A stretch of 64,000 nucleotides of DNA from Eledone cirrhosa (lineage: Eukaryota), in the NCBI GenBank assembly GCA_964016885.1, contig OZ024756.1, positions 26,784,001-26,848,000 on the forward strand, given 5' to 3'. A program made the position numbers and the translations under genes. The notes beneath the pieces are model-generated. The model saw nothing but the letters and a program-made list of their open reading frames with translations, made no database searches and was not told the DNA's origin. Shown here piece by piece: positions 42,047-55,711 of this stretch. How positions within the stretch are numbered: position 1 is the first letter of the stretch; each line of letters opens with the position of its first letter.

Positions 42047-43958
42047 CTGTAAAGAAAAAGCAGAGTATGTATGCATTCATATATATATATATACAACATA
42101 AATAACAATCAAATTGTGTTAAACCCTTTAGTATTCACATGACTCTATATTTACAATTATATTTTCGGGGTAAAGGCTTTACCTCACATAATATCGAATC
42201 TATGAGATTTTGAAAGTATTTATTTTGAGAACAATACCTTAACATCAGTTTGAGTCACCAGATACAGCCAGTTTCAACAGGTTTTGGCCGGTTTGAACAT
42301 TAAAGGGTTAAGACATTTAATAGCTTATGATTTGATTGTTAACTATGTTGTATTTCTGCTCTGTATTATGCTTGATATTTTACATTGAGCTACTTGTCTT
42401 ACTGGTAATCAGGTAAAATATATAATATTACTCTTATCTTATTTATATTATTATATATAAATATAATTATTATCATATATATATATATATAATTCAAGTA
42501 TAAAAGATATATGTCATGAACAAACTGCCTGCGTCAATTGTTAGCTGCCGAGACACTGCATCCTTTAAGACACTCATGCTTCCCGAAATACGCCAAAACT
42601 ACACCTGATGTGCCCCTTCCATACACATGCACACATGTGTGTATCATGACTCGTGCACTGTTCATTTTACTGATGTTTGTGCATTGCCCTATGTACTGTA
42701 CATGCACTTTTTTGATGGGTTGTGGTGCACCTGGGCACTGTGCACAATATTTCATTATTGTTATTGTTATTATATCATGACTCATACACTGTTTATTTTC
42801 CTGACATTTGTACATTATTCTATGTACTATACATGCACCTTTGATGAGTTGTAGTGCACCTGAGCACTGTACACAATAATTTCATTATTATTATTATTAT
42901 GTATATATAGAGACAAAGGAGCATATATCCGTGAGAAAACACAATATATTGTATATATATATATATACAGAGTACATATTTCAAAGAAAAATATATACAA
43001 TATATTGTTTTCTCACGGAATATGCTCCTTTACTCTATGTACTATACATGCACCTTTGACGAGTTGTAGTGCACCTGAGCACTTTACACAATAATTTCAT
43101 TATTATTATTATTTCTCTCTTTCTATACATATATCTTTTATACTTGAATTATTAGGGTCCTGGACATAGTCTATTGAGCTGGTTTATTGAGAAACAAAAA
43201 TCAAACATATTTGTTGTTTTGATTCTTCACATTTCATCATTTCATCATCATCATTTTACGTCCACTTTTCCCTGCTTGCAAGGGTGGGACGGGAACTGAT
43301 TCTGGCTTGATTTCTACAGCTGGATGCCCTTCCTAACACCAACCTCATTTACAGTGAGTGCTGGGTGCTTTTTTTTCGTGGCGCCTGATGTGTTGTTTCC
43401 TTGAGCAAGACACTTTATTTCACATTGCTCCAGTTCACTCAGCTGTAGAAATGAGATGATAGGACTGGGGTCCATATCATTCCACTGTAAAGTGGACATG
43501 GAGGTGCCACAGCAAAAAAGCACCCAGCCCACACTGTAAAGTGGACGTCTAGGCGTCACGGCAAAAAAGCACCCAGCATTCACTGTAAATGAGGTTGGTG
43601 TTAGGAAGGGCATCCAGCTGTAGAAATCAAGCCAGAATCAGTTCCCGTCCCACCCTTGCAAGCAGGGAAAAGCGGACATAAAATGATGATGATGATGATG
43701 ATATATATATAATTTGTTATCCCATATATATATATATTATATATGGGATAACAAATTATCGTTATAGGTAATCCAGTTAGAGGTTGTGAGTACTCCGTAT
43801 TGTGGATAGTTTTAACGTATGGTGTTGTTTGACTCAACAAGAGGTTTCCATAGTTAGGTGGCGAGTTCTCGGGAATTCCTATGCAGGTTAATCTTGGAGT
43901 AATAATAGTGAAAGAATGAAGAATAACATGGTCCACAGTACAAAAAGGGTTTTATTTA

Positions 43959-44070
43959 CAGTATTAACAATTGTTTCATTGATTAGGATGTCTAAAGGTT
44001 GCTAATCACTCAAAGTTGGTCACGCAACCTTCAATACAGTGTATGCCTAATCAAATCATCGGAATAACTG
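43959..44070 (-). ncRNA. Type I hammerhead motif, CCGAUGA variant
   Basis: CAGUUAUU-CCGAUGA-U UUGAUUAGG...CCUAAUCAA U-GAAAC-AAUU-GUU-AAUACUG. Confidence 0.75.
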
Positions 44071-45165
44071 ACAAAATTACACTCGATGTTTGTATTTATA
44101 CTACGGAGAATTCAGATAACAACATACACTGTATTTAAGGTTGCGTGACACAACTTTGAGTGATTAGCAACCTTTAGACATCCTAATCAATGAAACAATT
44201 GTTAATACTGTAAATAAAACCCTTTTTGTACTGTTGACCATGTTATTCTTCACTCTTTCACTATATATATATACCTCTCTCTCTTTATATATATATACAT
44301 ATATATAAACATGTTGTGTGTGTGAGGATGTGTATATGTAAAGAGTAAAGACCGCCTTCAATCAAAAATGACCATGGGATTTGCTCCTAGAAATTTCCCT
44401 TCTGAGGCACAAGTCTAGGGAAGGTTGTTTGTGGAAGACCAGCAATCATCCATGACACCAGTTTTCACTCTCTATGCCACTGATTATTTATATACATATA
44501 TTTATATATAATGGAGGCACATGGCTTAGTGGTTAGAGCATTGGCCTTGCAATCAAAAGGTTGTGAGTTCAATTCTCAGACCAGGTGATGTGTTGTTTCC
44601 TTGAGCAAGACACTTTATTTCACATTGCTCCAGTTTACTCAGCTGTAGAAATGAGATGATAGGGATTGGGTTCCCTATCATTCCACTGAAAAGTGGACGT
44701 GTAGGTGCCACGGCAAAAAAGCACCCAGCACTCACTGTAAATGAGGTTTGTGTTAGGAAGGGCATCCAGCTGTAGAAATCAAGCCAGAATCAGTTCCCGT
44801 CCCACCCTTGCAAGCAGGGAAAAGCGGACGTAAAATGAAATGATGATGATATATATAACAAATAGTTTTAGCGCTCTACATGGCACTGAATACAAGAAAT
44901 ATAAATCTGAGTTTTTCGAATATTAATAATATTCGATTCATTTGCAATTATGCAAACAGCCTCTTAAGCCATGTGAGTAGAATGACCTTGTCATTCTTTC
45001 TCTTGTGTTGGCATATAAACAGAACGGCAGACACTAATGTTTCTGGGTTATTACCTTCATCAGTACCGTATACTGTTTACCTGCCAACTATCAGAACTAG
45101 CAAAAAAAAATATATATATATATATGTGTGTGTGTGTATTACACACAGTCTGTGTGTGTGTATAC

Positions 45166-45217
<52 letters not shown>

Positions 45218-45312
45218 ACAGTCAGACATTTCAGCAGAAGGAAGAATATGGTATGGAAGCAGTAAAAAATAAAATTTTATGTTAACAATTCGGACATTAT
45301 ATTTATAATTAC

Positions 45313-45490
45313 CCATCTTTTTGGTGAAAGCTCTGGGTTTTGGTTGCCAGCAGATTCCAAGGAGATAGATCGGATATCCAAGCAATGAGACTATGACACC
45401 AGCTAACATCTGGTTTGGCTTTTGGTAAATACCTAGGGCAAGAACTCCGCTGAAGAATAATACATGGGATACAGGCATCCACATTGGAAC
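45313..45490 (-). CDS. SLC7 exon 9 (VPMWMPV...GYPIYLLGICWQPKP...)
   Basis: tccAG and GTAATT; TM11-12 with G.P.Y and W..KP motifs. Confidence 0.92.
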
Positions 45491-45540
45491 CTGGAAACAT
45501 ATTGTAAAAGTGCATTTTATATATATATATATATATGATG

Positions 45541-45578
<38 letters not shown>

Positions 45579-45673
45579 ATATATATATATATATGATGAT
45601 GATGATGATGATGATGATATATATATATATCAGGATAGAACCAGCTTTTAACTAGTTAGGCATGAATTACATG

Positions 45674-47395
45674 AATAAGGTATGCTACCTATGGTTTCAA
45701 TAAGGTATGCTACCTATGGTTTCAATAAGGTATGCTACTATGGTTTCAATAAGGTATGCTACCTATGGTTTCAATAAGGTATGTTACTATGGTTTCAATA
45801 AGGTATGCTACCTATGGTTTCAATAAGGTATGCTACTATGGTTTCAATAAGGTATGCTACTATGGTTTCAATAAGGTATGCTACCTATGGTTTCAATAAG
45901 GTATGCTACTATGGTTTCAATAAGGTATGCTACCTATGGTTTCAATAAGGTATGCTACTATGGTTTCAATAAGGTATGCTACTATGGTTTCAATAAGGTA
46001 TGCTACTATGGTTTCAATAAGGTATGCTACTATGGTTTCAATAAGGTATGTTACCTCTGGTTTCAATAAGGTATGCTACCTATGGTTTCAATAAGGTATG
46101 CTACCTATGGTTTCAATAAGGTATGTTACTATGGTTTCAATAAGGTATGTTACTATGGTTTCAATAAGGTATGCTACCTATGGTTTCAATAAGGTATGCT
46201 ACCTATGGTTTCAATAAGGTATGCTACCTATGGTTTCAATAAGGTATGCTACCTATGGTTTCAATAAGGTATGCTACTATGGTTTCAATAAGGTATGCTA
46301 CTATGGTTTCAATAAGGTATGCTACTATGGTTTCAATAAGGTATGCTACCTATGGTTTCAATAAGGTATGCTACCTATGGTTTCAATAAGGTATGCTACT
46401 ATGGTTTCAATAAGGTATGCTACCTATGGTTTCAATAAGGTATGCTACCTATGGTTTCAATAAGGTATGCTACCTATGGTTTTAATAAGGTATGCTACCT
46501 ATGGTTTCAATAAGGTATGCTACTATGGTTTCAATAAGGTATGCTACTATGGTTTCAATAAGGTATGCTACCTATGGTTTCAATAAGGTATGCTACCTAT
46601 GGTTTCAATAAGGTATGCTACCTATGGTTTCAATAAGGTATGCTACCTATGGTTTTAATAAGGTATGCTACCTATGGTTTCAATAAGGTATGCTACTATG
46701 GTTTCAATAAGGTATGCTACTATGGTTTCAATAAGGTATGCTACCTATGGTTTCAATAAGGTATGCTACCTATGGTTTCAATAAGGTATGCTACCTATGG
46801 TTTCAATAAGGTATGCTACCTATGGTTTCAATAAGGTATGCTACCTATGGTTTTAATAAGGTATGCTACCTATGGTTTCAATAAGGTATGCTACTATGGT
46901 TTCAATAAGGTATGCTACTATGGTTTCAATAAGGTATGCTACCTATGGTTTCAATAAGGTATGCTACCTATGGTTTCAATAAGGTATGCTACTATGGTTT
47001 CAATAAGGTATGCTACTATGGTTTCAATAAGGTATGCTACCTATGGTTTCAATAAGGTATGCTACCTATGGTTTCAATAAGGTATGCTACCTATGGTTTC
47101 AATAAGGTATGCTACTATGGTTTCAATAAGGTATGCTACCTATGGTTTCAATAAGGTATGCTACCTATGGTTTCAATAAGGTATGCTACTATGGTTTCAA
47201 TAAGGTATGCTACTATGGTTTCAATAAGGTATGCTACCTATGGTTTCAATAAGGTATGCTACCTATGGTTTCAATAAGGTATGTTACTATGGTTTCAATA
47301 AGGTATGTTACTATGGTTTCAATAAGGTATGCTACTATGGTTTCAATAAGGTATGCTACTATGGTTTCAATAAGGTATGCTACCTATGGTTTCAA
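45674..47395. repeat. 24/25-bp minisatellite, ~70 copies, in an SLC7 intron
   Basis: Unit TATGGTTTCAATAAGGTATGCTAC(C). Confidence 0.97.
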
Positions 47396-47900
47396 AGTTC
47401 AACCAGTATAGAACAGAGATCATAAATATTCTATATCTGCTAGTTTAGTTATTTTAAGGCAAAACCTTAGATAACATGCATTTGTGTTGAGATCTTATTC
47501 GTGTAATATATGAGAAGAAGAAGAAGAAGAAGAAGAAGAAGAAGAAGAAGAGTTCATAAGCCATTATATAAAAATAATTGCACAGCCTCTAATAACACAT
47601 TATTAGAGGAAGAGGAAAGGAAGAAGGAAAAAGAAAATGAAACCGGTTGGACTGGGTGCTTTTTCATCAAGAAGAGCTATAATCAAATACATTCCAGAAA
47701 GGACCATCCCTTTTCTTCTTTCATTTATTCAGTTACAGGATACCTAAGACTACATTATCTAATGTATCTTTTGACTTCTGGGACAATAGAGTGCAAATTG
47801 AATAAGATTTTGGTTGCTATTTCTAGCGGATCAAGCAACCACATAGACATTCTCTTGAAGGATTGTCCACTGTAGGCAGAGCGACCAAGTATTTACTCAC

Positions 47901-48050
47901 CTTGTAAGGCCGTTTCACATTAGGTTGTTTGATTTTGTAGTATATCAGGGCTATTGCAATGACCAAGGCAATTAAACAGGAGATAAAACTGACCAAGTCC
48001 AACAGGAAATCCATACCACCACTGTACAATACAATCAGTGACCAGGCACA
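47901..48050 (-). CDS. SLC7 exon 8 (CAWSLIVLY...KQPNVKRPYK)
   Basis: tgcAG and GTGAGT; 150 nt; P...RP.K motif. Confidence 0.92.
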
Positions 48051-48432
48051 CTGCAAAGAAATTCAACCACAGTGCTGTATATATGTATATATGTATGATA
48101 TATTTTCTTTAGGTCGTTTTGGAAGCCTCAACAATGCAGATGGGTAATTCTCCGGGTAACGAGATCCGGTGGTGAAGAGAGAGATGTAAGTGAATGTAGA
48201 ATGAGATGTATAGTGTGTAGAAGAACGTAGGAAAGAGCGTAAAAAATAAAAATAATAACACGAGATGGAGTTACCTTGGGAGAGATTTAATTGTCCCTAT
48301 ATACTTCGGATTCACATACGTGAATCCGAAGTATATATGTATGTATATATATACACACAAAACAAAGAAAGTGAGGTAAGAAACAAGTTCGGATCTAGCT
48401 GTTGAATTGGCCGGAGTTCAGCTGTCGGGGTC

Positions 48433-48592
<160 letters not shown>

Positions 48593-48671
48593 ATATATAT
48601 ATGTATATATATATGTATGTATATATATATATATATATGTATGTATATATATAATTATATATATATATGTA

Positions 48672-48945
48672 TGGGAGCCTCCCAAAAGTCAGCTCAAAAG
48701 TGACACAGAGGAGACTGAGGTTTGCTGGACATGCTCACCGACATCCAGAGTTGTCATTGCACTCAGTGCTCCTGTGGGAGCCCCTACATTGGACACACTG
48801 GAAGAGGAAGACTAAGGTTAACGTATGTTGATGCCCTAAGGACAGACACTGGTCTGTTAGAGACACAGAACATGGCAGCGATAATGGGGGACAGAGACCG
48901 CTGGAGAGAACTCGTCCATGGATCTCGGGAATTTTACCCGCCTTA
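48672..48945 (+). mobile_element. Degenerate LINE 3' fragment
   Basis: RLRFAGH...[11 protein letters not shown]...DRDRWR remnants. Confidence 0.6.
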
Positions 48946-48949
48946 GAAA

Positions 48950-48991
<42 letters not shown>

Positions 48992-49079
48992 ATGCAAAAA
49001 GTAGACAGAAATAACAAAGCAAACGACATTGTACAATGAAGAAATATATTAGTTTAATGCTTGATATAGTAAGAAAAGA

Positions 49080-49117
49080 ATCTTGATGTTTCCGACACAA
49101 GTCCTTCATCAGAAGAT
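49080..49117 (-). ncRNA. Minimal type I hammerhead motif
   Basis: AUCUU-CUGAUGA-AG GAC UUGU GUC G-GAAAC-AUC-AAGAU; ACAU may be CpG-decayed ACGU. Confidence 0.68.
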
Positions 49118-49555
49118 AGGATGAGAAATAAAAGATGAAATAGAAAGATAAAGAGTGAGAGGAAGGAACACAAACAAATTTTTTTAGAAAAAATAAATGT
49201 GTATATGTGTGTATGTGTATATGTGTGCATATGTGTGCTATGTGCGTGTGTGTATATGTGTGGATATGTGTGTTATGTGCGTGTGTGTATATATATGTGT
49301 GCGTGTGCATGTGTGTATATATATATATATGTGTGTGTGTATATATATGTGTGCATATGTGTGTAAGTATGTGTCTAAATATGTGTATATGTGTTTGTGT
49401 ATGTTATATATGTGTGTGTGTGTATGAGTGTGTGTGTGTGTGTGTATGAGTGTGTGTGTGTATGAGTGTGTGTGTGAATGTGTGTTTCATTATTGTTTCA
49501 CAAACTATATATATGTATATATGTTTAGGAATTGACAAGACAAACACAGAGATGT

Positions 49556-49603
<48 letters not shown>

Positions 49604-50362
49604 ATTGCAGTAGTAGCAGCAGCAGCAGTAGTAGAAACAGCAACAGTAGCACTACCCTTAGTAGTAACAAAGAAGTTTAAGAGAAATTTTTTAATATTTC
49701 ATTATTAACATTGTTGTTATTGCCACTGCTGTTGCTGCTGTTGTTGTTGTTGTTGTTGTTGCTGCTGTTATTAAGTAGCAATGTGCAACTAATGGTTGTT
49801 ATTGCAAAGATATGATATAGTGAAGTGGCTAATTCAATTACTTAGGAACAAGCCAAAACCCTTTGAACTTCAGACATGTTGATTTACTTCAATACAGCAC
49901 TGGTCCATTAATATGTTATATATTTCGTCATCAATGGTGCCAGAGCCGAGAACAGAGAATCACAGAGGGATTTGAGAAGATTTAAATATTCCCACTACTG
50001 ATCAAACATCTAGAATGCAATAGCAGCTACACTAGATTTACTAGATGCACAAATACTGTAGAAAGATTGTAATAAAAGGCTATCTTCTTGATTAGCAAGT
50101 TTCCACTCCCAGATTAACTACAGCCACGGGTACACCGATTTTATTGCTACTATAATGGTTCCCAGGTGGGGAGTTGTTAGAACTTCAGGTAGAATACTTT
50201 TTGGTATTCATTTTGGCTCTCGGCATTCTGAGTTGAGTTCAAATCCATTTGAGGTTAACTTCGCTTTTCATCTTTCCTTTTGGGGTTGATAAAAAAAGTA
50301 CCAGTCCAGTACTGGGGTCCATTTTTCCCCCTCTATATCTCTTTCTCATTTCCTCCCTCCCT

Positions 50363-50395
<33 letters not shown>

Positions 50396-51537
50396 CTTCT
50401 CTGGAAGAAATCAGCTGTGCCTCAAACCTAGAAAGTGATGTAACTACGATACCCCTATGACTCTGCTTGGAATGATGGGATCTATATATACATAATGGTT
50501 CCTACTCTCATAATTTAGAAACTGTGTACCATTATTGACCTAACCTGTCTGCTGTGGCATAACTAGGGTATGGCAAGGATGGCACGTGTCATAGGTGCCA
50601 CTTGAAAGGAGAGCCACTTTCTATTAAAGTCAGATAAGTTATCAGCAGAGAGTGAAAAAAGAAACTCCTTCAGATGTATGATCTGTCTTTGATTACCATG
50701 AGTGAGAAGCACTATGGTGGCTGGATCATTAACCCTTTAGCATTTACATTACTCTAGACATACTATTATATTTTCACAGTAAAAACTTTATCTCACACAA
50801 TATCTCACATAATATCGAACCATGAGATTTTGATATTATTTATTTGGGGGTTTGGCAGTATCGGTAGAGGGTCGGACGCCATGCTTTAACGCATAGAGTT
50901 ACGGCCCATTAATCTGAGTTCAAATCTCGTTGAGGTTAGCTTTGCCTTTCATCCTTACGGGGTCAATAAAATAAAGCACCAGTAACATACCGGGGTCGAT
51001 TTAATCGACTTTCCCCTCGGGCCTTGTGCCTATACTAGAAATCATTATTTTGTCCCACTTTAAGCCATTATAATGTAGAGTTACGGCCCTTTACGGTCTG
51101 AGTTCAAATTCTGTCATGGTTAACTTTGCGTTTCATCCTTACGGGGGTCGATAAAATAAAGTACCAGTAATGTACTGGGATAATTACTGGCCATGGGCCA
51201 AAAGTAGAAACAATTATTTTCACTACATTACAACCTTTTACGTTCTGAGTTCAAATCCTACCGAGATTAGCTTTGCCTTTCATCCTTATGAGGTCGTTAA
51301 AATAAATTCCCAGTAATGCACTGGGGTCAATTTCATTGACTTCTCCCTCCCCCCAAATAGAAACAATTATAATGTACTGGGGTCTATTTAATCAACTTTT
51401 CTCTCTCCATCGAAAAAAAAAAAAAAAAAAAAAATTGGGTTTTGTGCCTAAATCAGAAACCCTTATTTTGTCTAACTTTCCATTGTTGGAAAACTTATGA
51501 AGGAAAAAAATATTTTAGAATGAAAAGAGAAACTTAC

Positions 51538-51634
51538 AAGCACCCATATGGATGGCCAAGGTGTCAGGTATTTAATATGTAACATACTAAAGAGTAGAGG
51601 AGCTTCTTTGTGACGAGCAGCAGCAAAAAGAACT
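51538..51634 (-). CDS. SLC7 exon 7 (VLFAAARHKEAPLLFSMLHIKYLTPWPSIWVL)
   Basis: atAG and GTAAGT; AR...P...SM.H....TP.P motif. Confidence 0.9.
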
Positions 51635-51884
51635 CTATAACATAACAGAAGAATATTGGAATAGTTGCGACATTTTTATTAGGCATTATAACTGTTTTTA
51701 CATTTGGCACAAGGCCAGCAATTTGGAGGGATTAGCAAAATTTAATAAGAGGGGGTTGAAAAATTATAAGCATGGAGGTGAGGGTTGGGCAATTATTCGA
51801 GACCCGAAACCCAAAAGTAAACAGATAAGTTTAGTGAGGATCTTTATCCGAAGCTGACGAGAACTAATAAATTGTGTTACTTAC

Positions 51885-51988
51885 CGAGAGTGTCCCATGA
51901 CAGAGGCATTAAGGGCCCCGATTGACGTGAAGGCTACACAGGCTGAAATCATAATTGTCAATGGATGGTACAGTCTTTGGATGTACAG
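51885..51988 (-). CDS. SLC7 exon 6 (LYIQRL...VAFTSIGALNASVMGHSR)
   Basis: tccAG and GTAAGT; TM8 G..N.S....SR motif. Confidence 0.9.
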
Positions 51989-53482
51989 CTGGAATATATA
52001 GAATTAATTAAAGTCAATGAACTGTTAATTAGCATGTATTATAGTTTGTGAATTCGCAGTATTGCTAGAGGGTCAGATGCCATGCTTTGCAACATAGAGT
52101 TATGCCCCTTTACAGTCTGAGTTCAAATACCGCCTTTCATTCTTACGGGGTCGATAAAATAAAGTGCCAGTAATGCACTGGAATAATTGCTGGCCTTGTG
52201 CTAAAAGTAGAAGCAATTATAGATTTTACATCTTATGTATATTGATTGCTAAGGTGGCGAGTTGGCAGAGTTGTTAGAACATCAGGTAGAATGATTTGTG
52301 GTATTTGTTTCAGCTCTCTGCTCTCTCAGTTCAAATCTTGCCAAGGTCAACTTTTCCTTTCGTCCTTTCGAGGCTGATAAAAAAGTACCAGTCTAGTACT
52401 GGAGTTGATTCTTCCTCTCTCTCTCTCTCTCTTTCTCACTTCCATTCTTTCACTTTCTTTATCCTTCTTTGGAAGAAACCTGTTGAATTTAGACCTGGAG
52501 AGGAGATGGGCTTTGCCAGGTTTTAAAAAGAACCCTTGAAATGTTGTATGTCAATACAACATGCCTACGACTCCCTCAGGAGTTATGGGCCCATGCATAC
52601 ATGAATATTGATTGCTATGTCCTCTCTGATTCCTCTGTTTTTTTCTTCTCTTTTTTGTCTTTCTTACTGTGTCTCACCTCAACAACAACAGTACAGAGAT
52701 CATTTTTAAAAAACACCGAACACCTTTTGTTCAAATTTTTCTCCTCAAACTTAGAACATTTTCTCCTCAAAACCAGAACATCTTTCTCTTAAAATCTGAA
52801 ACTATTCTTCATGTTGTTGTTGTTGTTTAAACACCAGGTAAACACTGACTAAGTAGATCTATGATTAAAGATATTCCAGCTGTGATTATAAGTTTTCTCC
52901 AGGCATAGTGTATCTAAGATTATATTATCTAATGTGAATTTTATTTATTTTTCTGTTTAAACAGTAGTTTTTACGATCTGAGGACGATTTGACTGCTATT
53001 TCTAGTACATTGGTTTACTGCTTAGAGGTTCCCTTGATTACCTTAATGTCCCTGTATGAGGTTCAAAATGTAAAATAAAAAGCAGAAAAAAAGCAGTAAT
53101 TTTTTACTATTACACTCTACTCATTTTAGAGATAAAAATGTATCCTTTTTTTCCTGTGGGTTTTGATATCCTTTGAACAAATTTGACCATCAAAACTGTC
53201 AAGAGTTATTCAATTTTTATTTAATTGATGGTGATGGCACACTCTCAGAGTTCTTGAGATTGGAGGTAAATATTACTCATGTCTTGCTTAGGAAGTGAAA
53301 TTTATGTCTTTCCTATGGTCTTTTCAATATGTTTGGAATGAATTTAGTTTTCAAAAACTGTCAGAAATACATAAATTTCACCTCTGTAGTGAGATGGATG
53401 TAATAGTAAAAATTACCCAAAATAAGTATCAGCAAAAAAATTGATTAAAAAATAAAGTTAAAATACAACCCCAAATACTTAC

Positions 53483-53606
53483 AAGTGCCACTGCATTGGA
53501 TTGCAGGACCTCATGCTTGGTTAACAGGGTCATATAGGCCAAAAGTGTGAGGATATATTTGGTGATGGTAATTATGAATGTAATGGTCACACCACGGGGT
53601 AGGTCT
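53483..53606 (-). CDS. SLC7 exon 5 (DLPRGVTITF...EVLQSNAVAL)
   Basis: AG and GTAAGT; LPR and S.AVA motifs; phase consistent. Confidence 0.9.
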
Positions 53607-53679
53607 CTTGATGTGGGGGATTAAATAAAGACAAAAAATAAGAACAAGATAGAAAATATTAACTCTTGACATCCTGTAG

Positions 53680-54135
53680 CAGATGTTATATTAGAACATA
53701 TCTAAAAACAGATTTGTAGATTCAAATGTTTATAGTATCTTTACTAGTGGACAGATTGTTATGAAAATTTGCAGTATTAACTCTTAACACCTTGTAATGA
53801 TTTAGCAAAAAATATCTAAAAATGGGTATGTTAATTCAAATGTTTATAGTATCTTTACTAGTGGACATTGTTGTTAAAATTTGTAATATCTCAACAACAA
53901 TCTGTAACGATTTAGCAGAAAATATCTAAATATAGGTTTGTTAATTCAAATATTTATGGTATCTTTATTTGTTTACAGATTGTTGTGAAAATTTGTAGCA
54001 TTATCTTTTAACTTCCTATAAATGATTTAGCAGAAAATATCTAAAAACAGGTTTGTTCATTTAAATGTTTATATTATCTTTGCTAGTAGACAGATTGTTG
54101 TGAAAATGTGTAGTATTATCTCTTAACATCCTATA
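53680..54135. repeat. Diverged ~117-bp tandem repeat, ~4 copies
   Basis: Recurring AAAATATCTAAAAA...ATTCAAATGTTTATAGTATCTTTACTAGTGGACAGATTGTTG. Confidence 0.8.
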
Positions 54136-54139
54136 ATGA

Positions 54140-54428
54140 TATTACTGGTTATCACTGAGTATTACTAGATATTACCAGGTATTACAGATTATTACTGAGT
54201 GTTACATAGCACCACTGAGTATAACTGAATATAACTGAGTGTTACATTGTATAACTGAGTATAACTGAAATAACTGAGTATAACTGAATATACCTGAGTA
54301 TAACTGAGTATAACTGAATATACCTGAGTATTACCGAGTATGACTGAATATAACTAAGTATAATTGAGTATAACTTAGTATAACTGAGTATATCTGAATA
54401 TAGCTGAGTACACCTGAATATAACTGAG
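54140..54428. repeat. 10-bp minisatellite (ATAACTGAGT/ATAACTGAAT)
   Basis: Directly visible, just inside the intron after SLC7 exon 4. Confidence 0.9.
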
Positions 54429-54443
54429 AAGGTTAAACCTTAC

Positions 54444-54488
54444 CTGGCTGGGTCTTCCATTTCTTCTACAAGACTCATTACCACTTGC
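54444..54488 (-). CDS. SLC7 exon 4 (QVVMSLVEEMEDPAR)
   Basis: tttcAG and GTAAGG; 45 nt; EE..DP.R motif. Confidence 0.87.
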
Positions 54489-55171
54489 CTGAAATAGTAA
54501 TTGGTTCATCATCATCATCACAATCATCACCATCATCATCACCATTGTCATCACAACCACAACAATCACCATCATCATCACAAACACCACCACCACCACC
54601 ACCACCAAAACCATCATCATTATCATCACAATCATTACCATTGTCATCATCATCACCATCACCACCATGACTACTATCAAAACCATCATCATCCCCACCA
54701 TCACCACCACCATCACCACCACCATCATCATCACCACCACCATCATCATCATCACCATCTTCCTCATAATCACCACTACCACCACCACCATCACACACAC
54801 ATGCACATATACACACACACACATACACACTTACACACATATACACATATACACATACACACATATAAATACACATACACACACACACATACACACTCAT
54901 TCACCCACCGCCCACACACACGCAAGAACAAATACACACACTCGCATAAAGAAATAATTGTTTCTACTTTAGGCACAAGGCCAGCAATTACCCAGTGCAT
55001 TACTGGTACTTTATTTTATCGACCCCGTAAGGATGAAAGGCAAAGTCAACCTCGGCGGGATTTGAACTCAGATCGTAAAGGGACGTAACTATGCTGGAAA
55101 GCATGGCGTCCGACCCTCTACCGATACTGCCAATCCACCGCATAAAGAAATAATATTTCATATACAGAATA

Positions 55172-55366
55172 TAAGGGTTGACTGAAAAGTTCATAGGCTG
55201 ACTATGAAGGAGTGATGCTAAAGGTGTGAAATCTAGCATGCATTAATTTCAGCTCTTATTAATAACTGCATTGTTTATTTCAAGGGACTATGTTGAAAAA
55301 TAAACCTCATTTAGTCATTCCATGAGAGTATCTTGGTCAGCCTATGAACTTTTCAACCAACCCTCG
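55172..55366. mobile_element. Tc1/mariner-like MITE
   Basis: ~30-bp TIR (AGGGTTGACTGAAAAGTTCATAGGCTGAC / GTCAGCCTATGAACTTTTCAACCAACCCTCG) with TA flanks; related copies at ~6165-6335, 26935-27330 and 57762-57975. Confidence 0.75.
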
Positions 55367-55388
55367 TAAGTTTGTTGGGATTCCTTAC

Positions 55389-55488
55389 CATCCACCAAAA
55401 GCAAACACAGAGTATAATATAGACAATCCCAAAGGACCTGGATCAGTGATTGTATTTTCAAAGATTGGTACAATATTCTCTGTGTGTC
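55389..55488 (-). CDS. SLC7 exon 3 (...GLSILYSVFAFGGW)
   Basis: tttcAG and GTAAGG; TM6 FA(F/Y)GGW motif. Confidence 0.9.
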
Positions 55489-55711
55489 CTGAAAATACAT
55501 AAATATTGAAGCACTTCTGAACAAGGGCAGATTAAGATTGCATGGGACCCCCCAGCCTGAAAATTTCATCTCATTGAAGCCCTTAAACAGTGCCAGACCT
55601 TTCCCTACTGAGGCCTACTTCTAAGAAAATATAATTATTATTTTTTATATTAATGTTAATGATAAAGAATAATATATACATAAATGTATGTATATATATA
55701 TATATAGAGAG

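Noticed and set aside
45674-47395. CRISPR-like array
   Set aside because: Units are head-to-tail with no unique spacers, the context is a eukaryotic intron and there are no cas genes.
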